Part shown: piece by piece, positions 37,002 through 50,834 of the stretch | Layout of the letters: each line of letters begins with the position of its first letter | Numbering within the stretch: the stretch's first letter is position 1 | From: Trichosphaerium sp. ATCC 40318 | Taxonomy: Eukaryota > Protista > Tubulinea | NCBI GenBank assembly: GCA_038496445.1 | Contig: JALMLS010000275.1 | Span: forward strand, 1-64,000 | Reading direction: 5' to 3' | DNA: 64,000 nucleotides | Position numbers and translations under genes: made by a program | Notes under the pieces: generated by a model | Databases searched by the model: none | Seen by the model: only the letters and a program-made list of their open reading frames with translations | What the model was told of the DNA's origin: nothing

Positions 37002-39299
37002 ATGGCGGAGGTGCCTACCACAGTGGAACAGACCACTAAAAAGCGAATACCAGCTCTGTATGTCACAGACTTGACAAGGTAATTACAAATACTAGAATGA
37101 CCAAATAACATATTTTACGTAGTAACGTCACTGAGCCTACACTATATGAGATATTCAACACATTTGCACCTGTAGCTTCAGTTCGATGCTTGCGACCAAC
37201 GCCACAGCGATCTAGAACGTATGCTTACGTTAATTTTTACAGTATTGAAGATGGTACGCCTTGCACCTGACAACTTTTTGTCTTTTGGGTTCTGGTATCG
37301 CCGCCAAGTCGCTGGCGATCGCCTATGTTGGTGTAATTGGAGAATTCACTCAGAATAGCCGAAAAAGCCCTAGAGGGAATGAGGGGTGGCATAATTGATG
37401 GAAAACCATGTAAAGTAATGTGGTCACAACAAAAGAGCAATTCCCGTAAATCTGTGGTACTGTATAAACTAATTTTCCATTGTTTGTTAATCCAACCTAG
37501 CTTGGCCAGATTTTTGTTAAAAATCTCGATCCGTCTATCACTGATGATGACCTTCTACATACATTTGCCGCTTTTGGTGATATTCTATCTGCTAAAGTTG
37601 GTGCTGACCGTAACGGTGTATCTAGAGGTTACGGATTTGTTCATTTCAAAGAACCTGTAAGTGACACTTTTGTTTTTTATTGTGTTTTGTAAGTAACTTA
37701 TTGATACGCAGGCCGCAGCTGCTAGAGCTGTAGAGAAAGTAAACGGACTTGTCCTTATGAACAAAGTAATATACGTAGCTCCTTTTGTACCAAAGAAGGA
37801 ACGCATGTCACATGTTCAGAGCGCTCCACAAACAAATGTTTATGTTAAAAACATTAACAAAGTACGTAACTTTTACTTTTTTTCGCACCTTGCTTGTGCT
37901 GCGTTTACTAACTTGTAATAAGAGTTGGGATGAAGAAAAACTGAAAGAAGCCTTTTCTAAGTTTGGAGAGATTGCTAGCGCATTCGTAACACGTGATGCC
38001 GATGGCGCCAGTAGAGGTTTCGGGTTTGTTAATTTCACAAACAAGGAATCAGCAACAAAATGCATCGATTTCTGTGCAAGTGCAGAAAACGACCTTACAA
38101 ATGAATCTGGTGTGAAAGTCTATGCTTCTCATGCACAAAAGAAAAATGAACGCGTAGCAGAATCACGTAAAATCACCTACGAAGTAAGCCATTAATCAAA
38201 AAAAAATCATCATAGTATTTCCACATTTTCATAATTTTCTGTGTTCCTCGTCAAACAACCTGACTTTTTTCCTAGCAGCAGCAACAACAACAAATTAAAG
38301 AACCTATTCCAAATAGTAATCTTTATATTAAAAACTTGGATACTGATTTGGATGAATCATTTCTTTTTGACCTATTTTCTGCTTTCGGTCAAACATTGTC
38401 TATCAAAGTAATGAGAGACGAGAATGGTGTATCTAAAGGATTTGGTTTTGTAAGCTTTGCTCAAAGTTCTGATGCATGGGCTGCTGTACAGGGTATGCAT
38501 GGTACTCTCGTTGAAGGCTGTAAGAAACCTCTATACGTAAACTTCCACGAACCGAAACATATTCGGCAATCAAAGATGAAAGAGCATCATATGAATAGAG
38601 AATCACCAAGAGAAGGTGGTTGGCAACAACAATATTCCCATCCTGATAACAGACAATACGAGGTAAACAAACACAATTTTCTCTTTTTTTTTTCTTTTTT
38701 TTTTCTTATTGTGACGTAAAAAACTCACCATCTTGTATTCAGGCTTATACCCAACACTATCCTCTACCCCCTGTACAACCAGTAGTAGCGCCTAAAGAGG
38801 ACCAAAAACCTCAAGTACTATCACTAAAGGAGCTTAATACATACCCGAAGGTACGACTTGAAAAATTACAATAGATTCTGTAGTTGGTACTGACTACTTG
38901 GGTTAGGAAAATCAGCGTATGGTAGTTGGAGAGCGTTTATATCCATTAATACTCGAAAAACAACCTCAACTTGCTGGAAAAATTACTGGAATGTTTCTAT
39001 CAGCTTTTGATGATCCAGTCGACCTCTTACCTGTCCTAAATGATCCTACGAGGTTATCACAAAAAGTAGATGAGGCTGTGGCAGTCCTAAATACAGGTAA
39101 GGAGCCAGGAGACAAACTTAACACCGAACTTTGAATACACTTTGTGCCATTATCAATATCTGCTTTATTGACATTTGTTGTAGCGCAAGGAGCAAACCAA
39201 GCTGAACCCCAAGCCCCTGAAAATGTAGAAAAAACCAGTGACGATGCTACTGATGCATCAACAAAGACTGAAAGTGATAAAACAGAAGCTAGTGCATGA
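37002..39299 (+). CDS. PABP: Polyadenylate-binding protein (4 RRM plus MLLE), divergent
   Basis: LYVTDL/YAYVNF; [15 protein letters not shown]; [15 protein letters not shown]; [15 protein letters not shown]; [18 protein letters not shown]. Confidence 0.92.
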
Positions 39300-39757
39300 T
39301 GAGATTTGGCATAGATAGACGTAATAAACTCCAGGATCCTCGCAAATACCAAGCCAGAGTCATGTCTGGTTTGTATTTTTCTCTCAAAACGCGCTGTATC
39401 AGCGCCGGTTGGTTCGTATTCTGGAGATCGGCAAGCATGAGTGTACAGGCGTGACGTTCCTTAGATTTGATCATAAAAAAAACTGCTGTAGTGCGAAAGG
39501 GAACAGAACAGATTGCTCTTTTATATTTGTTTACCATTACCTTTTTTTTATAAATAAACGCAAAAACTACACAATCATGGTACTTTTCTCATATTATGCC
39601 TTGTCCAAAATGATTTTTGTGCCATAAACCTAGTTCAAATTCCAAAAGTGAACATCGGGTATCCCCATGAGCAACTAAATGAAGTGGGTGCGGCAAAGGC
39701 TCAGACTGCCGAATTTAAACAAAAACTTACGAAATAACAACATAAATGGTTTATTAG

Positions 39758-42700
39758 TTACAACTCACTAGCCATAGAGTCTAGTTTTCTACCCCTTTCC
39801 ATAACAAATTGGTACATAAAAAATACCGCAAACATCATCACCACGATAACGATAGTCTCAACTCCTATTTTAATACCGCTTGTATACTCCCTGGCTCTCC
39901 TTAATAAATTCTTTGTTCCTTCCTATTGTACTGTGAGAATGAGAAAATATCTAAGAGAAAATGTGTGCCTTAAATTTCCTTATGGATGTTCTATCATCAG
40001 CGAGTCTTGTAACTACAACGTAATTTGGTTAGTAGTTACTTTTTTAAGCTCTGATATGTTTTTTTACTTGCCTCCTCCTACTCCGCATAGTTGAATTTTT
40101 TCCAAACATCTGGCAATAGCTTCAACTGTTCTAAAAGTACACAGTCATCTCTCAGAATGAAAATAAAAAAAAAAAAGCAGCTCTCGACTTACAGCTTGTA
40201 TTTGGTACTATCCCTATCAAACACTTCTCGTTTTGTGTAGTTGGAAACATACACTACTTCGTCGAATTCTACAAAGGGATTAAATAAATTAAACAAGCGT
40301 TTACTTACTGTCTTCTGCTTCGTCCCACTTTACTTTGTCAAGATTCGCATCTTGAATAGGAGCTTGCCCAGGGGCAGTGATTTCATCGTTTGCTTTGTCA
40401 ATATGAGTGATGAGTACAATATATGGGATTCCTAGCAAATTTAAGTAAATACAAATACAACACTGGCATACCTCTTTTCTTCAAGTCCGTTGCATAAGAC
40501 TGAAGTGAACCTAGTGCGTTGCTATCTTTGTATTTTCCAACCAAGATCGCTAATTGGATTTTATCTTTTTCTTGCTTTCCTCTAGCTCTCATATAATCCT
40601 TATCGTCCTGAGTTGGCAACGCTTCGATATCTGTGCACGTGGTCAGCTTTTTTTGGTTTGGATTTCAACGCGGCTACACGCACATTTTTCAATTTCTTCC
40701 CCGATCTTCTTCTCCTCAAGTGCATTGATAGACATTCCGCTTTTGATCGTTTCTTCCAGTAATGTCACGTGCTCCCCAATGTCTTGACCTGATGGAATGC
40801 CAGGAGTAGTCCTACGGAGGTATAAGAAGCAACCATTGAGGTTTAAGCACACCAAAATTTCAAGAAGATGTTGTTGTGTAGCCGTAATCCAACTCGACTT
40901 GTAGTTCCAGTTATCGCCACTGTACTCTCACTATCGAAGGTTGCAGTTCGGTCTAAGCCTGAAGCAATAGATAGTATATTATTAAAGAAACATGTCTTGC
41001 CAGAACTTGGAGGACCGGCAACAGCGATGTTACAAGTAGAGCCCCAAGAAGGTGTAAATTCAGCGATAGCTATTTCCAGCTCTTTAACAGATGGGTTTAT
41101 TGCTAGTAGAGCAGCACGATTTATGTTCGCCTTTTGAATGATGTTCGGCTCGTTCCTAAAAGAGTTTGTTAGGCGCATACAAAGTGTGGATATTTCAGTT
41201 CCTTTAGGAACATTAACGTACACTGCCATACTATGTTGCGGGGTGTTGTACTGCCTGTTACAGGACTGTTTAAGAGGTAAACTGTATCCAAGCAGTGATG
41301 CAAGTTTTCGAGGTGTTATGCCATCCTTGTTGGTTGCTTGCATTAATGCCCCTACCAAGTAAAAGTGAACTTGTAACGATGAGATATCAAAAGTTTGTAC
41401 CTTTGTCAATCAAAAATTTGAGTACATTTGTATTTTGTACTGCTACTGCCCAGAACAAAGGTGTGTCACCTCGTTCGTTTTTAGATTCGAGACATGCTCC
41501 TTTAGAAAGAAGATCTTCAGCATTTTCAACTGTACCATGTGCTGCTACGAAATGAAGTGCAGTATCTCCGTCTAGTTCTGTTAGTGACAAATGCTTGATG
41601 CAACGTACATCTATTACTACCACTTGAACCAAGTTTAGAGAGTGTGTATATGTAATCAAAACCATCAGGAAGGGTAGCCTCAGTCTGGTCTGCTGAGTCG
41701 CATAACAGGTAGCCACTTGAGTCATATCTTGATTGGTCTGAAGGGGGACCTGCCTTATTCTCATCAGGGGTTTTAACACAATGGCCTGCAATCATTTGTT
41801 CGTGTGTAACATATTGAACTGCAACATGGTTTTTCGACCATCCATTAGCTTAAATAGAACATTAGTAACATGTACGTAGAGTATTTGACATACCCGATAA
41901 TACTCTTGTGCACAGTCTACAGGTTATACTTTGTATTGCCATGTTTACTTGTTCAATGCATAACGAGGAATGGTCAGGCATATAGGACTTGTGCACACAT
42001 GTTCCTTGCTCCGTATAAAAGTAAATTGTAGATGGTGGCCAAAAATTAATTCCTCCAACTGTTCCTAGAGCAAGTGTAAGGACATTCCAAAACTCTTCAT
42101 TTCTAACCCCGCATTCCACAGTTAAGTAAAATAACATTAGGTGCGATACTTGTTATTGTAGGTTTGCCAAAGCCTATGACGTTATCAAAAGAAGTGTCAC
42201 AAAGTGTTTCCAAACCAACCCATCCACATATAAGCCGTTACTTTAACAATGAATTCAATAAGGAGTTCGCTCGATTGCTGCTTTAGTAGATTGTAAGAAA
42301 CACATGTGATCATATAGGCACCATACCGAAAAAACACCAAACCGTAGGCATGCATCGAACTTAAATGGGTGTCCATCCAATCTAACATTAATTCCTATCC
42401 AAACGATCATTTATTGTATTGTTAATACCAGTAAGTTGTACCTAATTGAACTCCATCAAAGCTGGCAACACCAGAAATATCAAAATTTCTTCGAATGTAA
42501 TCTAAAAAATACATAGTTTTTTAGTACTAAGGATACTGGTATAATGATTGAGTCCATTCAGAGTAGGTAGAACTGCTGAAGAGCACATGGTGGTACTAGA
42601 AAATGGAATGGCCCGTAACTTTAGACAGACGTTTTAGAATCTTTCGTTTCGCCTATCCAAGCGCATATTTATACCCGCAACATAATTTCAGCTTCAAAAA

Positions 42701-43130
42701 AAAACCAAATAAAAACACGTGATCCAAACGTCACGCAAAAAAAAAATGGATCTTGGTAGAATGTTTTTCGTTTACTAAAAGCTAATTACGTAGTTTTAGG
42801 CACGAAAATGCTTGCCTACCTCTTGGTTCGTCGTTTTCTCTAAGCTTCAATTGTTTAAAAGGTGATAGCCCTAGTTCCGGTTCAATAGTACACTGTACGT
42901 AGTATTTTGGTGCATCTTCTTTCACAGTCTACAAAGCAGTTAGTTTTAATACTATTGAGAGTCTTTACCAAACAAACGCATGGTTCTGGTGTTAAATACT
43001 TGTTCGAACGTTCATCGCCAAAGAAATGTACTGTAGTTTCAATATCCCCACAATCCATTGTAGCGAAAGGTGAATCGCACGCTACAGACGGTAGAAGTGG
43101 AAATAGGCCTTCAAGTTGATTTGTCTCCAT
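39758..43130 (-). pseudogene. Unknown N-terminal domain, ankyrin repeats, IFI44-like P-loop GTPase and C-terminal TM; copy 1 (frame lesions)
   Basis: DGDTALHF..RGDTPLFWA; NIAVAGPPSSGKTCFFN..GTT; WTTPG; GIPYIVLITHIDK; VVYVSNY; TM IVIVVMMFAVFFMY. Confidence 0.7.
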
Positions 43131-43276
43131 CTGGCGTATTTGTTCGAGTTAATAGTTTATTTTTGATTGACCAAAACAAAACCATGTCGTTAAATTAACT
43201 GAATTTGTTCGAGACTAGCGCTAGTTAAGTCTTTTTGTGCTTATAATTTCGTACCATTATCCTAATGAGTGTGCTC

Positions 43277-46200
43277 GTATACTCCCTGGCTCTCTTTAAT
43301 AAATTCTTTGTTCCTTCCTATTGTACTGTGAGAATGAGAAAATGATATCTAAGAGAAAATGTGTGCCTTAAATTTCCTTATGGATGTTCTATCATCAGCG
43401 AGTCTTGTAGTAGTTACTTTTTTAAGCTCTGATATGTTTTTTTACTTGCCTCCTCCTACTCCGCATAGTTGAATTTTTTCCAAACATCTGGCAATAGCTT
43501 CAACCGTTCTAAAAATACACAGTCATCTCTCAGAATGAAAATAAAAAAAAAAAAGCAGCTCTCGACTTACAGCTTGTATTTGGTACTATCCCTATCAAAC
43601 ACTTCTCGTTTTGTGTAGTTGGAAACATACACTACTTCGTCGAATTCTACAAAGGGATTAAATAAATTAAACAAGCGTTTACTTACTGTCTTCTGCTTCG
43701 TCCCACTTTACTTTGTCAAGATTCGCATCTTGAATAGGAGCTTGCCCAGGGGCAGTGATTTCATCGTTTGCTTTGTCAATATGAGTGATGAGTACAATAT
43801 ATGGGATTCCTAGCGAATTTCAGAACCTTTGATGGGTAACCGTAATCCAAACTCTACTTGTAGTTCCAGTTAAAGCCACTGTACTCTCACTATCGAAGGT
43901 TGCAGTTCGGTCTAAGCCTGGAGCAATATATATTATACCATTAAAGAAACATGTCTTGCCAGAACTCGGAGGACCGACAATAGCGATGTTACAAGTAGAT
44001 CCTGCTATAAAGATCTGGACAAACTTGAATAAAACGTGGAATACTCACTGCGACAAACTGGAATCCAGTATGGATGAGATGATCTCTAATGTATCTAAGT
44101 TTAGAGTACAATTAAAATAGCATTAGAGCTATAGACCAATATGTCCTAGCGAAGGCAGCCTCAATCTTCAGTAGCAATCCCACACAAACTGTAAAGAAAA
44201 TGGAAAAAATAATCCGAAAACATACACGTAAACTATGCAAATCCATCAATGAGCAAAAAGACGCAGACTATATGGCGGTTACAAGGAAGTTGTGAAAAAT
44301 GTGATATGTGATATGCATTGAAGACAAGCAAATAGATATGGCAACACAATACTAACTGTGACAATTCAGCAATGGTTGCTGTTAAAAATGACAGACTACG
44401 GAACGCCCAAACATTTAACTCACAAGTAATATCCAAAATGGGCGATATCAAACTTCCTCCACCAGGAAACAGAGATGGACACTATCAAATACACGATAAT
44501 TTTTTGGACACGTGGGGAGAAATAAACAGCAAAATATAATATACACTCCTAATGGCTGTACACGTGTTTTACTCCGTTACAGACATTTGGGTAAACTTCA
44601 GTTGACTTCGTATAAATCAACGACAACAACCGACAAAGCTTAAACAACATGGCGAGCAGCAATCACCCACACCCCACCCAAAAATTTCCTTTTCAATTTG
44701 TTTTAAAAAACTGTAAAAACCTTTCTTTATTTTCCAAGTGTTCTTGTATAATATAACAAATGCTTGGCACTGTAATAGAGCCACAAGACATTTTGGTTGG
44801 ATGCATTCATATCTGTACCTTCGTATCTGGATGGTTTGGTCGATTCAGTTATCCAGCTGTCATCCCATGCCTTTTAATTTTCTTCTTTCCTTGATTTTTG
44901 GTAGTTGCCGTGTACAGCTATTCTGTTCTTACTATGAATTTATTGTCCCATTCCCAGTCATTCGTAGTGAGGTGTTATGATGTATTTGTTTTTGTCTACC
45001 TAATTTTGCTAGGTTATCTGCTTCTCTATTTCCTGTTTCTTTCTTTTGCATACGATATTTATACAAAAATACAAGATGGGAACGTATGAAACTAGCAGAT
45101 GTGAAATATGCGGAGATGAAGATGAAGAACAAGCAGAAGACATAAATTAATTACTCCGACCTTACAAACCTTCCTAAACTCCACATCTGAAGTCATAGGA
45201 CAGGTAAGTAAATATCAAAAAAGCACCAATGGCAACTTAGAAGGGATACAAGAGGTCATACCAATAACAGGACACCTAGAAACAAATGTTGTCAAGAGTA
45301 AACTAAAGGAAAAACAAACAGAACAAAATACGCCACCTATGAACGTATATTCAATCACACGAATATGTTCATGAGATATAGAAACCCAAATAGAAGTATA
45401 TCACCAGAATTATGGCTCTTGGCCATTCTGGGATTCAACAAAAGAGACTACACTAACAGGAATCACATGCAAAGACAGCATGAAATACCCGACATTCTAC
45501 AACGAAATGTTATACGTATCGAGAATGATATCCTGGGCTCACAGTTCCAATCATGCTTTGGATATATTGCATTCCAAACGGCCACACGCCTATCGACAGA
45601 ATATCACAAGGAATTAGCGATAAATCTACTATCAAGAGCTTAGAAAAACAGTATTAGAGATGGCACAACAGAAGACTTGAGGAATACAGATGAAGATTAG
45701 TTTACTAACAAAAACTTTTAGGGGCAATTCCAGGTTCTATGGAGAGCTTGTGTTGTACTATATAATGTAACGTAATATGCGCCTTGAGTAAGCTTTGCGA
45801 AATCAAAATAAACCATACAAGTAGATCCCAAGGAGGAGCAAATTCAGCGATAGCTATTTCCAGCTGTTTAACAGATGGGTTTATTGCTAGTAGAGCATGA
45901 TTTATGTTCGCCTTCGGCTCATTCCTAAAAGAGTTTATTAGGCACATACAAAGTATAGATATTTCAGTTGTAGGAACATAACGTACGCTGCCATACAGTA
46001 ATACCCAAGAGGTAAACTGTATCCAAGCAGTGATGCAAGTTTTCGAGGTGTTATACCATCCTTGTTGGTTGCTTGCGTTAATGCCCCTACCAAGTAAAAG
46101 TGAACTTGTAACGCGATGAGATATCAAAAGTTTGTGTACCTTTGTCAATCAAAAATTTGAGTACATTTGTATTTTGTACTGCTACTGCCCAGAACAAAGG

Positions 46201-47928
46201 TGTGTCACCTCGTTCGTTTTTAGATTCGAGACATGCTCCTTTAGAAAGAAGATCTTCAGCATTTTCAACTGTACCATGTGCTGCTACGAAATGAAGTGCG
46301 GTATCTCCGGCTAGTTATGTTAGTGACAAATGCTTGACGCAACGTACATCTATTACTACCACTTGAACCAAGTTTAGAGAGTGTGTATATGTAATCAAAA
46401 CCATCAGGAAGGGTAGACTCAGTCTGGTCTGCTGAGTCGCATAACCGGTAGTCGCTTGAGTCATATCTTGATTGGTCTGAAGGGGGACCTGCCTTATTCT
46501 CATCAGGGGTTTTAACACAATGGCCTGCAATCATTTGTCCTAATGTAACATATTGAACTGCAACATGGTTTTTCGACCATCCATTAGCTTAAATAGAACA
46601 TTAGTAACATGTACGTAGAGTATTTGACATACCCGATAATACTCTTGCGTACAGTGTACAGGTTATACTTTGTATTGCCATGTTTACTTGTTCAATGCAT
46701 TTCGAGGAATGGTAAGGTATATGGGACTCGTGCACACATATTCCTTGCTCCGTATAAAAGTAAATTGTAGATGGTGGCCAAAAATTAATTCCTCCAACTG
46801 TTCCTAGAGCAAGTGTAAGAACATTCCAAAACTCTTCATTTCTAACCCCGCATTCCACAGTTAAGTAAAATAACATTAGGTGCGATACTTGTTATTGTAG
46901 GTTTGTCAATGTCATCTATGCTGTTATCAAAAGAAGTGTCACAAAGTGTGTTTCTAAACCAACCCATCCGCATATAAGCCGTTACTTTAACAATGAATTC
47001 AATAAGGAGTTCGCTCGATTGCTGCTTTAGTAGATTGTAAGAAACACATGTAATCATATAGGCACCATACCGAAAAAACACCAAACCGTAGGCGTGCATC
47101 GAACTTAAATGGGTGTCCATCCAATCTAACATTAATTCCTATCCAAACGATCATTTATTGTATTGTTAATACCAGTAAGTTGTACCTAATTGAACTCCAT
47201 CAAACGTGGCAACACCGTATGGATCAAAATTTCTTCGAATGTAATCTAAAAAATACATAGTTTTTTTAGTACTACGGACACTGGTTTAACGATTGAGTCC
47301 ATTCAGAGTAGGTAGAACTGCTGAAGAGCACATGGTGGTACTAGAAAATGGAATGGCCCGTAACTTTAGACGGACGATTTAGATCTTTCGTTTCGCCTAT
47401 CCAAGCGCATATTTATACCCGCAACATAATTTCAGCTTCAAAAAAAACCAAATAAAAACACGTGATCCAAACGTCACGCAAAAAAAATGGATCTTGGTAG
47501 AATGTTTTTCGTTTACTAAAAGCTAATTACGTAGTTTAAGGCCCTTAAACGCTTGCCTACCTCTTGGTTCGTCGTTTTCTCTAAGCTTCAATTGTTTAAA
47601 AGGTGATAGCCCTTCCGGTTCAATAATACACTCTACGAAGTATTGTGGTGCATCTTCTTTCACAGTCTACAAAGCAGTTAGTTTTAATACTATTGAGAGT
47701 CTTTACCAAACGAACGCGTGGTTCTGGTGTTAAATACTTGTTCGAACGTTCATCGCCAAAGAAATGTACTCTAGTTTCAATATCCCCACAATCCATTTTA
47801 GCGACAGGTTTTTTAATATCGTCTATCTCTGGCTGGTGTGTGTTCGCTGTGTCATCGCTTGTAGCAAAATATGAATCGCACGCTACAGACGGTAGAAGTG
47901 GAAATAGGCCTTCAAGTTGATTCTCCAT
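43277..47928 (-). pseudogene. Ankyrin-IFI44-like GTPase gene, copy 2 (tandem duplicate, internal deletion, LINE-disrupted)
   Basis: High identity to 39880-43130; deletion junction near 43820; insertion at 44003-45815. Confidence 0.85.
44003..45815 (+). mobile_element. 5'-truncated non-LTR retrotransposon with RNase H and an internal inversion
   Basis: 13-bp TSD TACAAGTAGATCC (43990-44002, 45816-45828); GNREADNLAKLG on the inverted segment (~44690-45060); CEICG..E knuckle; AATAAA at the 3' end. Confidence 0.85.
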
Positions 47929-48121
47929 CTGGCGTATTTGTTCGAGTTAATAGTTTATTTTTGATTGACCAAAACAAAACCATGTCGTTAAATTAACTGA
48001 ATTTGTTCGAGACTAGCGCTAGTTAAGTCTTTTTGTGCTTATAATTTCGTACCATTATCGTCGGGTCTACATACGTAAAGATAAATAATCAATATACTAC
48101 CGCTAATAAGCATTTAGAGCA

Positions 48122-50251
48122 ATGGAATTGATTCAAAAAACGCTAGACGGTTCGTTTACTGTTTCCTTTTTATGTTTCCCCCGTTTCTCACAAATTAAAA
48201 AGAAGGAGAAACGTTGCTTCACGCAGCGGTAAATGAAAAAAACCACGACGCTGTCATATTACTGTTAAACAACGGGTGTGATGTAAATGCGAAAACTAAA
48301 AAAAGAGGCATAACTCCACTGCACCTAGCCGCGGTGAAAGGTGAAGCTCGTATCTTTGACACTCTCCTAAAAGCAGGTACTGCTCATTGTTTAGCTCAAT
48401 CATATTCTTTCCTCACTTTTTTTTTACTATTGTAGGAGCTGATGTCAATGCAACTACAACTGATGGTTTGACACCAGCCAGAGCAGCCCGAATTTTTGGT
48501 GAAGTGAAAGAGCAACACAAAGGATCTATGCGCAAAGAAAACGCATACAATGTACAAACCACAAGTTCATACAGTTCAAGAACAAGTGCTCATTTGACAC
48601 TTGAATCACCTCCAGAAAAGATACAAGAAGAAAAGTCACGTGAATTTAAACCTATCCCAGAAACCGTTTTCTCTTCTTCACCGAAAATTTGTGGCAACAA
48701 ACCAATATCATCTCAAGGGAAATATCACGATAGGAGTTTTAAATGCATACTCGCGATAATGTTGGCACAAGGTCGAAACATGAGTGTAAGTTTCCTTCTC
48801 GCTTTTCTTCTTTTTTGCTTTCCTTGACTCCAATTGTGAATTTGTTACTCACTCTCATAAGATCCCGGAACCTGTATATCATGCAAACCCATTTGCAAAC
48901 CGTGAACCAATTAGAGTGATTCTTCCTGGTAATGACATAACAAAATATGAATGTGAGGTTACACATCAGAATAAAAAAGAGTTAACACGAACATTCAAAT
49001 GTGGCGATCCAAACCTAAAATATAATAAGAAAAAAGGGAGACATCCAGTATTGGAGAAACGACAATCATCTACAAAAACGCCAGACGGAAATTTACAATA
49101 CAACTTGGTATTGGTACTTGCTCACAGTGGGTGGTACACCGCGACCATCAGCCACATTGACTCCAAAGAAATTTATAAGATAACCATCCGCGCTTACTCT
49201 CGCAATTCCAATTACAAAGGCCTCAAAGATAAAATAAAATACTACACATCTGAAAAGCAAGTAACCGAACAAGAAAAGAACCTCAGAAGTCGTGGAAACC
49301 AAAATACAAAGCAGTATGTTATCAGCTTAAGCTACAGTTCGCTAATGTAAAGTAAGGCCTACAAACAATCCTCAAACAAGACAAGACACAGAAAAGCCTG
49401 TTACATTATTGCAAATACGAAATTCGGATGAAATCCTGATGGAGAAAATGTCCAAAAAGCGAAAAAATACACACAAGCACGTCATTTCAATTTTAGCTAC
49501 AACTGCTAATATTAATTTTAGGCCTACAAACAATTCTCAAAAAAGACAAAGAACAGGAAAGCCTATGACATTGCACAACAGTAATTCAGTTGAAATCCTG
49601 CGGGAGAAAATGTCGAATCTGCTTGTTGGCAAAAAGCATACTTCAACATTCTATATCAACTTGCTTGGTAAACCCGTACTCACAAAAGAACAACTCGATA
49701 ATGGATGTACACCTACAACTATCTGGGGCACCGAACCTGATCCGAGAAAAGTTACAATTACCACTCATGCCATCAATACTCCTTCTGAAAAAGAACTTAA
49801 CGAGCTTCTCATGGAAGCCTCTCGTCTCATTTATGGCTCCAAAGAAATTATCATACAAAATCTACACAATAAAAGCGCTGGTTTGGAGATCACCAGAAAC
49901 TCCTATATCATCACAGTGCGAGATTCTGACAGCATCCCTTTATCTTCAAAAGAGAGCTGTTTTTTTATTCATGGTCTACTTTGGTCAGCTGTGGCTCGCC
50001 TCCCTATAGTTCAAGAGGTTCGCTTTTCAGGTATTCCAGTACCTATTATTGAAAGTGACTTTTCAGCTTTTGTGGCTCAGCAGTTCAATGCCACTGTTAT
50101 TGATGGAAAACGAGTACTTTTAAACAATTTCCCAACTAAAGACATTATCATTTCTCTTGGTGAAGCATGTGATAAGCTCATGGAAGGGACATTCTCTTTA
50201 CACCTCCAGCGCGAAGAATTACATATCATATACAAAACCATTAAGAGTTAA
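48122..50251 (+). CDS. Ankyrin-repeat protein with an Ig/filamin-like middle and a C-terminal RRM-like (LINE ORF1-like) domain
   Basis: GETLLHAAV..GITPLHLAA..GLTPARAA; DGNLQYNLVL..SGWYTATIS; EVRFSGIPVPIIESDFSAFV. Confidence 0.7.
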
Positions 50252-50457
50252 GCTAGGGTTTTCATAATCCACTAAAACTGTTTTGTTCTCCGTATTCCAT
50301 TGTAAAATAAACTTAACATTTGCATTTTGACTTCGCTAATTTAAACAACCCAAGAACATCTTCATTATGTGTTTTCACAGTAGGTAATAAAGGTCTTCGC
50401 CTAGAATTTGGTAAAAAACATCAAGATAAAAATGCGAGCGAAAGGTGGCACTTAGCC

Positions 50458-50834
50458 TAGTCCAACACTACCAGATTGGAGGAGACTCCGTCTCGCTCGG
50501 TTGCGACCCTATTTGGATCAACGTAGCCAGAAACCCTTCCCATTTATTGGATTGATCTCTTGTACAAATCAATAAATTACATTAAACAAACTTTTTCTAT
50601 CGTAATCTGGCATTGAGCACGTTTATTATCCTCAAGATGCAAACCATCCAGATAATACAAGGCTTGATACAAATGTCGGTACATGAGTTTTAGTGGTCTG
50701 TTCAGCTATACCAACTTGAAGATAACAATCAGCAGTGAAAAGGTTTACACAGATTGTTGTGGTTACTATTGGCTCAGGATGCGTAGTTTTAAAATTTTAA
50801 GAGCTAACAGCTAAAACGAACCAGAAAACGCATA
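50458..50834 (+). repeat. Deletion derivative of the repeat family seen at 19378-19512 and 22856-23170
   Basis: Joins both inverted matches. Confidence 0.75.
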
